Source: Moniliella sp. 'wahieum'
Taxonomy: Eukaryota
DNA: 64,000 nt
Reading direction: 5' to 3'
Assembly: GCA_003971905.1 (NCBI GenBank)
Contig: RSEE01000044.1
Location: 434,001 to 498,000, forward strand
Below are positions 14,358 through 29,413 of this stretch, piece by piece. The translations under genes were made by a program, and so were the position numbers. A model generated the notes under the pieces. It was not told the origin of the DNA. It did not search any database and saw nothing but the letters and a program-made list of their open reading frames with translations. How positions within the stretch are numbered: the first letter of the stretch is position 1; every line of letters begins with the position of its first letter.

Positions 14358-16056
14358 ATGTCCAATACTGGACGCAACACAGGCCGTCTGGACTTGTACA
14401 AGAGCAAGGGACTACTCCAGCAAGATGATCTTCGCCGCCGCCGCGAGGATCAGCAAGTTGAGATCCGTCGCCAGAAGCGGGAGGAGACTCATGCTAAACG
14501 CCGTCAGATGGATGTCTCTCAGATCGAACTTACTGATGACGACACAGAGGATGAGGATGCCGTCGGTGCCATGCTCTCTGGTCAACGGGTGCGTTTTTTA
14601 CTCCAAACCTGCTTCATCCCCTACCAATGAATGCCGTACTGACTTATCTCTGCACAGCTTCAGGACCTGCTGCCTCAGATGGTAGCCAAGCTTATGTCGG
14701 ACAGTGAGCAGGATCAGCTGGAAGCTACCACTCAGTTCCGCAAGTTGCTTTCCAAGGAGAAAAATCCTCCTATTGAACGTGTGATCGCTGCTGGCGTCGT
14801 CCCTCGCTTTGTGCAGTGCTTGGCCAGCCCCAACGGCGCTATCCAATTCGAGGCGGCTTGGGCCTTGACCAACATTGCCTCGGGTACGTCGGAGCACACC
14901 CAAGTGGTGATCATGGCCGGTGCCGTGCCAGTGTTCATCCAGCTGCTCTCCTCTCCCGAGGTGGACGTGCGGGAGCAAGCAGTTTGGGCGCTAGGTAACA
15001 TCGCCGGCGACAACGCCGCATGCCGTGACTTTGTCCTCACCGAAGGTGCCATGACTCCGCTTCTTTCTCTTCTTAATGAGAACCAAAAGATGGGTATGCT
15101 GAGAAATGCAACCTGGACGCTAAGCAATTTTTGCCGGGGCAAGAACCCTCCCCCTGCGTGGGAGTTAGTCGCACCAGCCTTGCCCATGCTGGGTAAACTC
15201 ATTTATTCGACTGATGAAGAAATCCTGATTGATGCTTGTTGGGCGATTTCCTACCTGTCGGATGGGGCAAACGACAAGATTCAGGCTGTGATTGAATCGG
15301 GAATTGTCCGCCGTCTGGTTGAACTCCTGGCCTTCGATTCGACGGCTGTTCAGACTCCTGCTCTGCGCTCGGTCGGAAACATTGTCACGGGGGATGACTT
15401 GCAGACCCAGGTTGTCGTGGCATCTGGTGCGCTTACTCCTCTCCTCGCCCTCCTCTCTTCTCCGAAGGATGGAATCAAGAAAGAGGCTTGCTGGACTATC
15501 TCGAACATCACAGCTGGCTCACACACCAGATTCAAGCGGTCATTGACGCCGGAATCATTCCTCCTTTGATCGAGATCCTTAAGACGGCCGATTTCCGAAC
15601 CCGCAAGGAGGCCTGCTGGGCCTTGAGCAACGCCACGTCTGGGGGTTGCAGCAACCTTCCCAAATTCGTTACCTTGTGGATCAGGGTTGCATCAAGCCCC
15701 TGTGCGATTTTGACTATTATGGACAACAAGATCATCCAGGTGGCCCTCGACGGAATCGAGAACATTCTCAAGGTTGGAGAGCAGGACAAGATAGCCGCTG
15801 GACCTGGAGCGGTGAACCATTATGCGCTTCAGGTTGAGGAGGCTGGTGGTATGGTGACGATTCACCATTTGCAAAACCATGAGAACCACGACATCTACCA
15901 GAAGACGTTCTTTATCATGGACCACTATTTCCCTGAAGAGGAGGACGATGTAGCCGATGGGGTTGCTCAACCCGCAGTGGACGAGCAAGGCGCCTACACC
16001 TTTCAACTGACCTGGCCGCGCCGCAAGGTGGGTTCTCGTTTGGACCGGCTATGTAA
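14358..16056 (+). CDS. SRP1: importin subunit alpha (karyopherin alpha)
   Basis: IBB domain [22 protein letters not shown] repeats [54 protein letters not shown]. Intron at ~14589-14657. Confidence 0.96.
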
Positions 16057-17070
16057 CGCCCAGCTTACCGAATTCTTGCCCGAGCCCCCCCCCCCTTTCA
16101 TGGTTGTCTGACTGTGGCCAGACTCGAAAGCACCAAGCAGTACCCGGCACGCGCAAGGATGGTGTCGCGTGCCTCCATTTGCGCAATTCCCCCCCCCTCT
16201 TTACCCCTTGCTTTCCCTCGGTTTGTTAGAGCGATGTATCCCCTGTGATGCGCAATCCTCTCCTCAGGTATTCCAGACACTCCCCCTTGCCCCCTCAGCA
16301 ACTGTACCCCCATTGGCATGTATTCTCCGCCCTCGCATGTAACCGCCCGCTTCCCCAGTCGCTGAATAGCGATCCTCTTCATTCAACGTTGATATGTGAC
16401 AGTCCTAGGCATCCTATCCGGGTGCAACAGCATGAGAGTGATCACTCGAGGTTCCCGTCTCTTGCGATTGGGTCCAACTAGAGAATAGGAGGTACATGGG
16501 GCGTCATCGCGTCATCGAGATTGCTATACATATACACACTAATACGGATGGGTCTCAGTCGCTTCTGGGAGGCGGAAGAGATGCTGCAGGACCGGAAGCG
16601 GTGGTGGTGGGGGGAGATACAGTCCGCCTGTCCCATGCGCTGGTCCAGCGGTTCGCCCCGCTGCGTCTTCGCTTGCACAGGCGGCATGAATATTGCGAGT
16701 GGATCGATGGTCTATGGTGGCTGCAGGCCCCAAGTACTTTAACGTTTCACTTTGCCGTTTCGCGGCTCTGCCCTTCCACGTGCCGGAACTCTCACATGGA
16801 TGGGGGGGTTACATAAGGGCGGGAAGACTCGCGCTGCGCTCCGGGTGGCAGGGGGGCAGTTGCAAAAACGGCTTGTGGGGACACAGTCGATAGAGGCACC
16901 TCCCCAGTGTTCGAGTACTGCTTCCATTCGTTCGATAAGCATGACACTGGCGGTATGCTGTGGGAAGAAGCAAAAAAAAAAAACGCCCTCTGCCCGCCCA
17001 GCAGCATCAAAAAGGCCCCTGCCCGGGCTCGCCGCTCTCCCCACCACCAACGGTACTCACATCGTTCGCC

Positions 17071-18509
<1,439 letters not shown>

Positions 18510-19347
18510 GCGGCTCGCACGGCTTATCCGGCCCCTGCGGATCCCTGCCAGCGTGGGTTGGGGAACGTGGCTATTTTTTCCTTTTGGCCCGAGAGCAAGG
18601 CTCGGAGTGTCCTTGTAACCCCTTTCTATTCTTTCCTTTCGCTGATCCAGCGCGATTGGTCTCCATTGCATGGCTGTCATGCTAGCTCCACTGCACCGTA
18701 GATGAGAGAACGAGACGTGAGGCATTTGGTAGACACTGCGTACAAGGGCACGGACAAGTATTCATTTCTTCCTGGGCAGGCGAGGTCGGTAAGTAGTGAC
18801 TAGTGACTGCACTCCTACCTGGTGCTGTCAATGGTTGCTTTGATGTGCTCGCCCTTGTCCGCTCTGGGAGGTCTCGATGTGTTCCTACGAGACGAACGGT
18901 TTTCTGCTTGGGTAATCGGTAACCGAGGAGGTCCGGCCATCCACGACAACACAGCGAATGCCACAAAGGGGAAGTTGCACCGATTTCAAAGGGGGCGTCG
19001 GCGGAATAGTAGGGTTGTGCTGCGGTAGTGCTGGGATAAACTGCCCGTTTAAATGCAAAGTTTAACACACTGACGCCTAGCCGCCTGTCCAGCCTGTTCC
19101 AACGGATTGGATCCACCACGGCTCAGTTGACCATCAGGCAAGTTCGCTTGTTTCGAACCACACCAACCGTCAAAGTGAGTATCATGTCTGGAAGGGCGTG
19201 TCCACGTACGCCAGCCGTTACATCTTTTGTGGAGTGTTGTTCTTGCTTCCCTGGCTTACGGGATGGCATGGCAACGTGTGGTGCTGTGTTCGCGGGTGGT
19301 GTTAAGTCAAGTGAGGTCGTGCAGGACTGACGAAATGCTTGTTGCAG

Positions 19348-19839
19348 ATGTCCAACCCTCAAGCCGTTTCGTGCTTTGGCAAGAAGAAGACCGCCACGGC
19401 GGTGGCTTACGCCAAGGCGGGCAAGGGTTTGCTTCGTGTCAACGGGCAGCCCATCACCTCATGAAGCCCGAGGTGCTCCGCTGGAAGCTCTACGAGCCCG
19501 TCCTCATCGTTGGTGAGGACAAGTTTGCGTGCGTTTTCACCTCTCTTTGATTTTGATTCGGTAAATTAGCGCCGCTGACGTTTTTTTGTGCAGCCCCGTT
19601 GACATTCGTGTGCGCGTGTCGGGTGGTGGCCACACCTCGCAGGTGTACGCCATCCGCCAAGCCATCGCCAAGGCCCTTGTTGCGTACTACGCAAGTTCTA
19701 CGATGCTTCGTCGGCCCTGGAGCTCCGTCAGCTTTTGTTAGCTATGACCGTACCCTCCTATCGCCGACCCCCGCCGCATGGAGCCAAGAAGTTCGGTGGC
19801 AAGGGTGCTCGCGCTCGCCGCCAGAAGTCTTACCGTTAA
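19348..19839 (+). CDS. RPS16: 40S ribosomal protein S16 (uS9); probable 5'UTR intron 19175-19347
   Basis: [41 protein letters not shown], intron at ~19529-19592, [44 protein letters not shown]. Confidence 0.95.
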
Positions 19840-20320
19840 GCGGAGTCGATTGGCCCGAATTGTGGGCACTTGGCTTTTTGTCGGTGCGTACCGACTCGAA
19901 GCCTGCTGTGCAGAATCACTGGCGTCCTCATCACTACTTGCCATCTGTCGATGGGTGGCGGGACGTGTCACTGCAGGCTGCGGGCCAGCTACATATTTGC
20001 CCATCCTTCTATGACTGGTTATTCGTGCAGTTGGTGTGTGCCCTCCACAAAATGGACATCTCGTCCAGCATGCTACATTGCGCCCACGTCCTCTTGAAAC
20101 TCTATAGGATCAGCATGCAGATATAGATCAGGTTGATCGAGCAAAGTGTGGTTCACTTCAGGTAGGGGAGCAGATGCGGGATCCTGACACCCTGAGGCCT
20201 GATGAGAGGCAGCAGTAGCAGTAGAAATTCCGCTGCGCGTCCTCCAGGCATGCTGCAGCTGTGCTTCACGTGGCGGAGGTGGGCGGTGGATCGGACGGAG
20301 GGAAGAGTAGCAGAAGCGCA

Positions 20321-22130
20321 ATGACTGCGGCGAGATTGCCTCCGCGGTTGCCTTGTCACCACGCGGCCATCACCTTGCCATTCGCCCTCCTGCTCGACAC
20401 GACGGGCGCTGGTTACGCCTATCGCTTACTCCTACGTGCAGCCCGAGCGTACTAGCGAGCAACGTGTCATTGCTTCTGCGTCTCGTCATCATTACCATCG
20501 CCGGCGCCGCGATGTCGTCGCGCCTCTTTGCCGTAGTGCGCCATGAGAGCATTATCCATGAGTTCGATACCAAGATCCTCGCCAAAGATCAGTGGCTTTT
20601 ACCGGTTCTGGAACTGGTCTGGCCCTACCGCCTAGTATCCGCTGGGTCGCGCAGCCGGCGGTACCGTCCCCCCTGGCCTAATGGTGACCATGCAGTGGTA
20701 CCATTTACAATGTTCTAGTACACGCTCTCAACATCTCGGTTGACATTCGCAACATTTGCGTTATGTTTGTCCCCATAGCTAATCGAAAATGCTGGTAACA
20801 AGGTTCCGGATAGATATGTGAGGACTACGTACAAAATTCAAGGTGGGCAAGGCTGTGCAAGATTGTGCGCAAGAAATTTCGATTAGCCATGCCCGCTTTC
20901 AATGGATGGCCGCAGCTTGGGCAACGTACTACATGGTGTTCACCAAGCACACATGAAAGACGACGCAGCAGGGTTTTTGTCGCTGTCTTGTGGGCATTGC
21001 GCCTGGTACGTTGTGTTATCTTTATGCTGTTCTTTCGTCTCACCTGGCTGTCTCCACAGGCTATATATATCCCCGGTCGATTGCTGGCTCATACGATAAC
21101 GAAAAGCCATGGCCATTTTCTTGCTGATGAGACATTTTACATGTATTCAATAGTAAAGCCATGAAAGAAGGAAGTGCCATGTGGTGCGCTCTCTGCGCTC
21201 TTTCTACTTTGAGCCAAAGATGCCACTTCCTCCAAGGCTATTGAACGCAGCCATGGCAGAGGGCAAGACGGTGGTGCACAAGACCGGGATCTATGGGTTA
21301 GACAGCCGCTTGCTGGTGACAGGCTAAACTTGTTACTTCTCATGTTTGTGTTGCACTGCACCTATGTCACCTCGGCGGCCTATAGCTCGCCTTCAGTTGT
21401 GCTGGGACAGCCAGCGCAGCACCGATGGCTCGCGGCATGTCATCGATGACTTCCATGAGGCATACTATTGGTTACGCCAGAATACCCGACGGACGCCAGG
21501 TGATGAGTTGGTGGATTATGGCTACCAGATTGCCGAAAATGGTGGACCGCCAACGCCGGTGGACAACAACACTTGGAACAACACACACATTACTACCGCG
21601 GGCGAGCAATGAGCAGCCCAGAACACAGTTAAGGCGTATCCTATCCTGCGCAAACATGAGTGGACTATATCTTGATCATCTACGGAGGGTTGCTCGGCTT
21701 CTCGGGGAACGACATCAATAGTATCTGTGGATGATCCGCATTGTGCCCAAGGGTTTGGTCCAACGAAATTCGCGAACAAGACATTTCATCCCGGACGGTC
21801 AGTACCGCTGACGATGGTGTGACGGACACGATGAAGAACTCGCTGAGACGGACAAGATGCGCTACTACCGGTTCAACGGGCTTTTTGGCGGCCGCCCGGT
21901 ATGGACCGCGCTCGCGGATCGACCACTGCGACCAAGGACCCGCCTGACATTCTCGACGAGGCATTCACATCACAAAGAACTGCAGTCGTATTTACCAAGT
22001 CAACTGAAGCCTCACTCGGTGGGTCGTGACCTGGGCTAACAGCTTTGATCAGGGTAAACCCGCAAGCATGTTGTACCTCCCAAAAGAAGACCAAGGGAAA
22101 ATGGAAGGTGAAAAACTAACCACAGCCTCC
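20321..22130 (+). pseudogene. STT3: degenerate STT3 (oligosaccharyltransferase catalytic subunit) copy with insertion and large internal deletion
   Basis: SRLFAVVRHESIIHEFD, YPLGR..GGT..PGLMVT, DIRNICV, AGSYDNE, then a jump to [41 protein letters not shown] (across an indel), [10 protein letters not shown]. Many substitutions at normally conserved positions and far more lesions than neighbouring genes. Confidence 0.8.
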
Positions 22131-23079
22131 ATGGCCCCCGTGCGACATAGATTTCCTGGACTCTTTCTTGCCATCACGGTACCACAGGGGAGGAGTAAAT
22201 ATGGTCGAACTAGCCGCATCATGCATCATGCACCACTCTTGTAGCGGTGAGCACGGGCGGATTTGTTGCGCATCTATTCCGCCGCCCTTCCTCAAACCTC
22301 CACTCAGCACCCAGTGCCAATTCTTCTCTGCTCCTTTTAGCGCGGCAGCGCAAGCCGCTCTGCCTTTCTCTCCAACCACCACCATCCGTCAGGTAAGTTC
22401 ATCCCCTTTTCATCTTGCTGATGAAACCATACTGTGGGAGTCTCTCCTATCTCTTATGAGAGAGAAAAAGGTAGCCATCCATGGCATCCTGACCATCGCT
22501 TCGTTTTGCCAACAGGCTTGACTGACTATTTTTCCAGCTACAGATCGCCTTCACCGCCCTACTCACCACAAGACTCGTGCCCGGGCAAGCAGTGTAGTAA
22601 TTGTAAGTTTTTTTTCCTCCCCTCGCCGAGATGATCATCTTCATGCACCACGCCTAGCAAGGAATCCTTGCGGTGCGGATAAACAACTTATCACCATCTT
22701 CGTCTGAGCTCCTTCGACCGACTTCACTGAAGGCATGATCAAGCTGACCCAGTTCTTCCTCAGTACCCTTGGCTATGCCCGGCTCTCAAATAGATTTTTT
22801 CTCCCAAAACTTTTCCCGCACATGGATACACCAGAGCGTGCCGACGGCCTGCACACAATATAGAACCGAGACAGTCATGTTTACGCATAAAGACAACGAC
22901 AGGCTATGCTGATGGGGTGTGGTCTCGATCGCTCAATGGGAAAAATCGTTCGAATCGACAGAATGTCTTGCCAACAGAACTGGGTAACGGAAGCGCATGG
23001 TGGCCGCCTTCAGGGGGTGATGCATCGACAAGAGCCAAACAGCGGCCAAAGCATGCAAAATCTGACACGCAGCGCCTCG

Positions 23080-24581
23080 TTAGAGTTGGAAGAAAGGCTG
23101 TTGCGTTTGCTGCGCCGGGGCAGGCTGAGGGTAGAGCCAAACGCGTTTTGGAACGCCTGCTGGCCCATCTGGGCATTGTGCTGCTGGGTCGACATCACAT
23201 TGGCACGAGACTGGCCATGGCCGAGACGCTGGTCTCCCACGTTCCCAAACGTATCCACCCCATCACCCTGGGCAAGCAGGCGGTTGAGCTCATCGAACTT
23301 ACCCGATTGGTCGACGTGCACAGGGTGCGGGTTAGACATGGGCTGTTCCATCGGTTGCGGCGGGGCGGCAGAGAGGTTGGAGGTTGGAGCCGGAGCAGAA
23401 AACATAGGCTGGGGCTGAGGTTGAGGTTGAGGCTGGGGCTGGGAGCTGACGCCTGGGGTGAGCCGCAAAGGGATTGCGAGAGCCCACAGCAGTAGCTTGA
23501 GGCTGGATGGGTTGCATTTGCACCTGTTGTTGTTGTTGTTGGCCCATCATAATCGTTTGGTACTGCTGAGCCGCCTGCTGAAGTTCCCACTGGCGCTTGC
23601 TCGGCCTGTTGCTGTTGCCACTGCGCCTGGAGAGCAGCCTGTTCTTGCATCTGCTGTTGCAGGTACGGGTTCCACCCTGTTTGCTGCTGCTGAAGATAAG
23701 GGTTAAAGGACGTGTACTGAGGCTGCAATGTCGCGTTCTGCGCCCCGTTAACGTCGACCAGTGGCTGTGCCAGTTTGTCGTCAAACAATGCTCTGCGGTT
23801 AGCCTCCTCCAACTCGCGGATACGGGCCTCCTCCTCCTGGCGGGAGAGCTCCAGAGCACGCTGCAGTTCTTCTTCGTCTGTCGCCTCAGCACGGAGGCGC
23901 CCTCGTTTTCGCGATACGAACGTTTGCTCTCCTCGATAGCACGACGTAGGTCCTCATCCTCCTTGTTGCGGCGGGCGGCATTGGGGTCCTGGCGCCGGGC
24001 GGGGGAGGGCCGTCGTGAAACTCGGGTCGCGGTCCATCATGCGGTCCTGCATATGAGTTGTCCAGCACGCTCGGCACGCAGACGCGTCTCGTCCTGGAGA
24101 AGGCTGGTCACATCCTTGGCCTTTTGGCGAACTGAGAGAAGGTAGATTAGTCCCCATATGAGTCACAGAAGGTCCAAGGTGGTGAGAAGAAACGGGAGCG
24201 TACCATTGGCACCTTGGTCCTTGCCATCCTCGTCGAGATGCTGGAACTCCTTGAGGGTCTTGACAATGTAGATGTTGTCGCGAAAGTAAAGGATGCAGTT
24301 CTCGGAGCCTGCGTGAATGAGGTAGTCGATGAGGGTAAGCGACTTGAAGACGTGGCGCCAGTTACGACCCTTGTCGTTGAGGCGCTTATCGAGGATCTCA
24401 TGATCTCGATAAAGTCGTTCTGGTTGTAGCTCAGCTGTGCAATCTCGTTCATGAGTTGTCCCGAAGGCCCCCAGGCATCGTTGCTGGTGGCCTGGCGAAC
24501 CTTGACCTGGGTTTCGGTGTAGCCCTTGATGTAGTTTTTCGACGCGCGCATGGCCGACTTGCCCATGTTCTGAAACGACAT
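23080..24581 (-). CDS. epsin (ENTH domain, UIM-like repeats, Gln-rich region, NPF motif)
   Basis: KNYIKGYTETQVKVRQATSNDAWGPSG..M.EIAQLSYN, NDKGRNWRHVFK, DEDLRRAIEESKR, EELQRALELSR, SRNPFA, terminal QQPFFQL*. ENT1/ENT2-like. Confidence 0.92.
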
Positions 24582-25395
24582 GGTGGGCAACAGAGGCTAA
24601 GGGGACGGTGATGGAGGGGTGGATGTTGGACGGCGCAGACAGAGGGCAGGCTGGTGTTGGACGTGTTCGCCTGATTGCCGCGTCCGTTCCACCCAGCTTG
24701 GCTTGCCACTGGCTTGCCTCGTCGTGAGCCGTAGCAGGCCGTCCCCGTCGCAGTCCGGTTGTCGATGGGCCAGGCTCGGGCGCTCAGACGAGGCGGCGCA
24801 CGGCGCCACTCTCGAGCATCGTTCCGCCACCCGGCACAGCGCAAGTCTGCTTGCGCACTCGGTACGCCCGAGCACTCCAGGGCACTCCCCTGGGCGATTG
24901 CAATTCCACTGTACCCACACCGTAGGGTTAGGGGTGTGGGCTGTGGACGCGTGGGCATCGGTCCATGGACAAATGGCCTGTGCAGCGCAGGGAGCTCCCG
25001 TTGCGCCCCCGCACTCCAGGCACGTTCTCCGCGTTGTTCCTCCCCCTCATCGATCATCTGCCCAGGAGCCGTTCTTTTCATTTTGTCCACGGCTCTCTCG
25101 CGTCACGGATGGATGTGCCCTCGCCGCCCTCGTGCTCCCCGCGTCCACCCACGCATTCGCGCTCGAGCCCAGACTGAGCATGTTTTACGTCCTCTCAGGG
25201 GCATCCTCCACCGGACGAATGTGTGGCTCATCACTGCCTCATCGAGTTCTGACTTCTGACTCCCAATCGCATATCTTTTCTTACAAACCCAATGTGAGAC
25301 GTACGTCCAGCGCAATCACTCCCGTACAATACCTTCATATACCTTGACTGCAAAAGACAAGTCAAAATGCATGGTTTTGGCAATTCGGGCCCCGA

Positions 25396-26641
25396 TCAGG
25401 CGCCCCCTTCCAGTAGCAAATCGAGCCATCCTCAACGATCCAGGTGCGGCCCGCTGCGCGTACTTGCCGGCTGCGCGCACCGCATTTTCAGACCCGTACT
25501 CTTTGAGGTCGTCAACGACATGATTTCACCCGCAAACGAACTTGTTCTCAAAGTCGGTGTGAATCACACCAGCCGCCTTGGGGGCAGGCGTGCCGGAGCG
25601 GATAGTCCAGGCACGCCCTCGTCGGGCCCAGCGTGTAGTAACGAATTAGGTCCAGCCCATCGTAGCCTGCTTTGGTGATCTTACCCAAGCACCCGTCACG
25701 TTGGGGCCGAGCGATTTGAGCTCCTCAGCCTCAGCTTCGGGCGATCCGAGATTGACGAGACGCTCCTCCATCGCAACGCTGAAAGGAATGAGCGAATCAC
25801 CAGGGTGTTCTCATCAATCCAGGCCTTGATCTTGGGCAGCCACTTGTTCTTTTTGCGGACGTAGTCCTTCTCACTCAGGTTGACGAGGTAGATGACAGGC
25901 TTGGCAGTGAGCAGATGCATCTCGTTGATGGTGTCGATCTCCTTGGGGGTCCAGTCGCCCTTGCGCACGTCCCGGCCCGACTGAAGCACGTTCAGCGCCT
26001 TCTCGATCGTTACAATCTCCTCCTTCTTGCGCTTGTCCTCAAGAGACGAGTTACCGGCACCACGAGCACGCTGTTTAGCCGTCTCCAGGGTCTTCTCCAC
26101 CCACTCAATGTCCTTCAGACGCACTCCTTGGAGATGATCTCCATGTCACGCACAGGTCCACATCGCCCTCAACGTGAATGATTTCATCGTCCGCAAAGCA
26201 CGCACCACCTGGAAGATGCCGTCAACCGAACGAACGTTGGACAAGAAGGGTTTCCCAATCCAGCGCCCGTCGAGGCACCGGCAGTGAGACCGCGCAATGT
26301 CAATTACTGTCAAAAGGCGGGAATTTGGCTCTTGGGCTTGTACTGCTCCACAAGCCAGAGGTAGCGGTCGTCGGGCACAGGTACACGGCTTCTTCCGGCT
26401 CAATGGTAGCGTACGGGAAGTTGGCTGACTTGCCCAGATCGACCTTGGCGATCACGTTGAACAGGGAACTCTTGCCCACGTTAGGGAGACCGACAATGCC
26501 CATCTTGAGGCTAAGGAGCGATCAGCAGCAGGTCCTATGCGCCAAAAAGGAAAACCAAGGGTGGGAGACGCACTTGTTCGACGGGCGGCCCAGACGGGCC
26601 TTCGTCTCGGGTTCGGCATTCTTCTTGCTCTTGGGAGGCAT
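25396..26641 (-). CDS. OLA1: Obg-like ATPase 1 (YchF/OLA1)
   Basis: MPPK..LGRP, intron, [84 protein letters not shown]. Confidence 0.94.
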
Positions 26642-27229
26642 GGTGTTTGACTGGTGGTGGAAACGGATGGAGCGGGCGCCAACGACCCAGACGACCGCAA
26701 TTGGCGAAGCCGCGCGAAGCCGCTCCGGAAGTTTGCACGCAGTTGTGGCCTACTTGTTTTTTCAGGGAGGCCATGGCGCCAGTCTGCCCAGGCAGAAGGA
26801 GAATTCCGCTCCTGACGTCATCATAACCCTACTGTCCCTAGTTGGCCAGTCCTCGCTTGGCCCTCGCCCCACAGCGGAGGCGCAATAGCGTCATGCATCA
26901 GCCACACTGGGGAGCTGCCTGATCTATGATCGATGATATATGAGCCCTCGTATACCAGACATAATGTGAGTTTCGAGTACTCTCCTAGCCTGACTAGTGA
27001 CTCCTGATCCTTCCCGGCCACGCCTCTGGTCCTCAATGCCTTAACTCCCAGTCTGAGGCCTTTGACCGAACATCGAAAGCATACTGAACAATGAACTGAA
27101 GAGGTTTGAGACCTATATTGAGGAGTGGCGAGCCCTCCTGCACACGGTGTATGTACATGGGTCCCTTCTGGAGGGGGCATGGGTCAGCTTCGGTTCTGTT
27201 ATTGAAGGCCACCCCTGGTAGTCACATCT

Positions 27230-29413
27230 TGTTCTCGCCAAATCCAGGTCTTCCCCGACTGCTCCAGCTACTACCGTAACTTGGTCCGTTCTTTTGCCCG
27301 TATCTCAGCCCCCCTGTCCCACCTGACATGCAAGGACCAGCGGTTTTCTTTTGGACCCCAGCCTGCGAACAGGCCTTTGCCGAGCTCAAGCGCGTCTTTG
27401 CCTCGCCCCACCTCCTCTGCCACATTGATCCCACTCGCCCCATCCGCCTCGAGACTGACGCGTCGGACGCGACGTTTGGCGCGGTGCTCGCCGAGCAGGA
27501 TGTTAGTAAAGTAACGGTCGTTGTTGGCGGCCGGTCGCCTTCCATTCTCGCAAGTTCACCGTGGCCGAGCTGAACTATACCACGTCCGAAAAGGAGGTTC
27601 TTTTGACCATCGTGGCGGCCGTGAAGGTGTAGCGCCACTATGTCGAAAGTAATCAGACTGTCCAAGTATTACTTACAGACCATGGGGCCATTGTTACGTT
27701 CCACCATCCCCGCCATAAGTATGGAACCGCCGCCTGGGCCGATGGCGCCAGACCCTGTTCCCCTACCGCCTTTTTGCTATGGTATACCGTGACGGGCAAA
27801 GGAAGGGTGCGGCCGATGGGTTGTCGTGCCACCCCGACCTCGCTGAGGGGTCCAGCCCGGCCGACGCGGCATCCCAGGTATTAGTGGAGCCCGTGTCCGA
27901 ACGTTCTGCCGCCGCCCTCGAGCTCTTGGTGGGAGACCCCGGTACACCGGCGTAGGGCGCGTGTCTGTCAACGAGATCTGACAGCGCATTCGTCATTGGT
28001 GCCCCGCGATCCTGGCTGGTCCCTTGCGGCGGCTCTACACCCATCCCATCATACCTTGACGGTCGGCGACGGTGTCTTTTGCGGCACGGTAACCAGGTAT
28101 TCGTCCCCGGCGACCCGTCCATCCGCTGCCATTCTGAATCAAGCCCGCAACTCGGCCTTGGGGGGCCACGAAAAGGGTTGTGACAAGACGCTGACCGTGT
28201 CCGGGCTCAATATTGGTGGCCCCGCCTGTCAGCTGACGTGTGGACTTACGTGCGCTCGGGCGATCGCTGTCAACGGACCAAAGCGCCTCGCCACCAGCCC
28301 GCCGGACTACTTCAGCCCTTTCCCCCTCTTCCCAAGGTCCATGGACCCACTTAACGATGAACGACATTACCCAGCTCCCCCTGGTCCAATTGTTACGACG
28401 AGATTTTGGTGGTGGTGGATCGGTTCACCAAAATGGGTCACTACATTCCCACCCACACGACGGACACCGCGCCACAGCTCGCACTCCAGTTTACACACCA
28501 TGTCTTTCGCTACCATGGCCTTTCCCCAGACCTGATGAGTGATCGGGGACCTAACTTCAACACCAGCCACTTCTGGCAAGCCTTGTGTGCCGACTCGGGT
28601 ATCAAGTCGGAGCCTCGGCACTGCGTACCACAACCCCTAGACGGACAGCCACAGACTGAGCGCCTCAACCAGATACTTGAACAGTACCTCCGCTGTTACC
28701 CCGAAGAGCAGCAGTCCAATTGGTTCGATCTCCTCCCCACGGCCGAAGTTGCCTACAGCTCGTCCTCCTACTCGAGCACCCAATTGTCCTCACACTGATG
28801 GCTACTCCCCCCGGGAGGAGTTGGAGCCCGCCGCTTCGCCCGTGCCCGACGCTGCGTCATACCTCGAGGATTTGGGTTCGGCCCAGGTGGTGGCCCTCCG
28901 GACGCTCGCCACGGCTCAAGAATGCTACAAGCACTATGCCGACCAGCAGCGCACCGAGGCGGCTTCCTTCATTGCTGGCCAGCCTGTCTTGGTCCGCGGG
29001 GATGGGTATGTGTCTAGCCAGCGATCTTCTGACCGCCTCGATTATCGTTACCTCGGTCCCTTTCCCATTGTCCGTGCTGCGGTCCCCGCCGCATACCAGG
29101 TCCGTCTTCCCGACTAGGTACCTATACGACGTGGTCCCTGTTCCTTCCCGCTTGATTGAGCCTCCGCCTCCTCTCCCCGAATATGCTGATCATGGTGCCG
29201 TTCATCACGAGGTCGAACACGTCCTTGACTCCCGCCGCAAGGGCCGTGGAGGCCACATTGAATATACTCCGTTCAAACCGTGGACGTCAGTGGGTACCCG
29301 CTGGGGACATGTTTCATGACGCCGAGGCGGTGGTCCGTTTCCATGCCCTCTACCCCGGTAAGCTTGTCTCTCAAGAAGCGAGGGTACTATGGTGCAGCAC
29401 GGTCACATACTAA
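27230..29413 (+). mobile_element. degenerate Ty3/gypsy (chromovirus-type) LTR retrotransposon pol fragment: RT-RNaseH connection, RNase H, integrase, chromodomain
   Basis: FARISAPLSHLT, AFAELKR..LETDASD, SRKFT.AELNY..EKE, VVVDRFTKMGHYIP, SDRGPNF, DGQ.ERLNQILEQYLRCY, YLGPFPI (GPY/F), EVEHVLDSR. Contains in-frame stops. No gag or RT core seen. Confidence 0.92.

Noticed and set aside
22380..22800. Intron-like signals and codon-like text downstream of the STT3 relic, possibly another gene fragment
   Set aside because: No recognisable protein in any frame. BLASTX would be needed.
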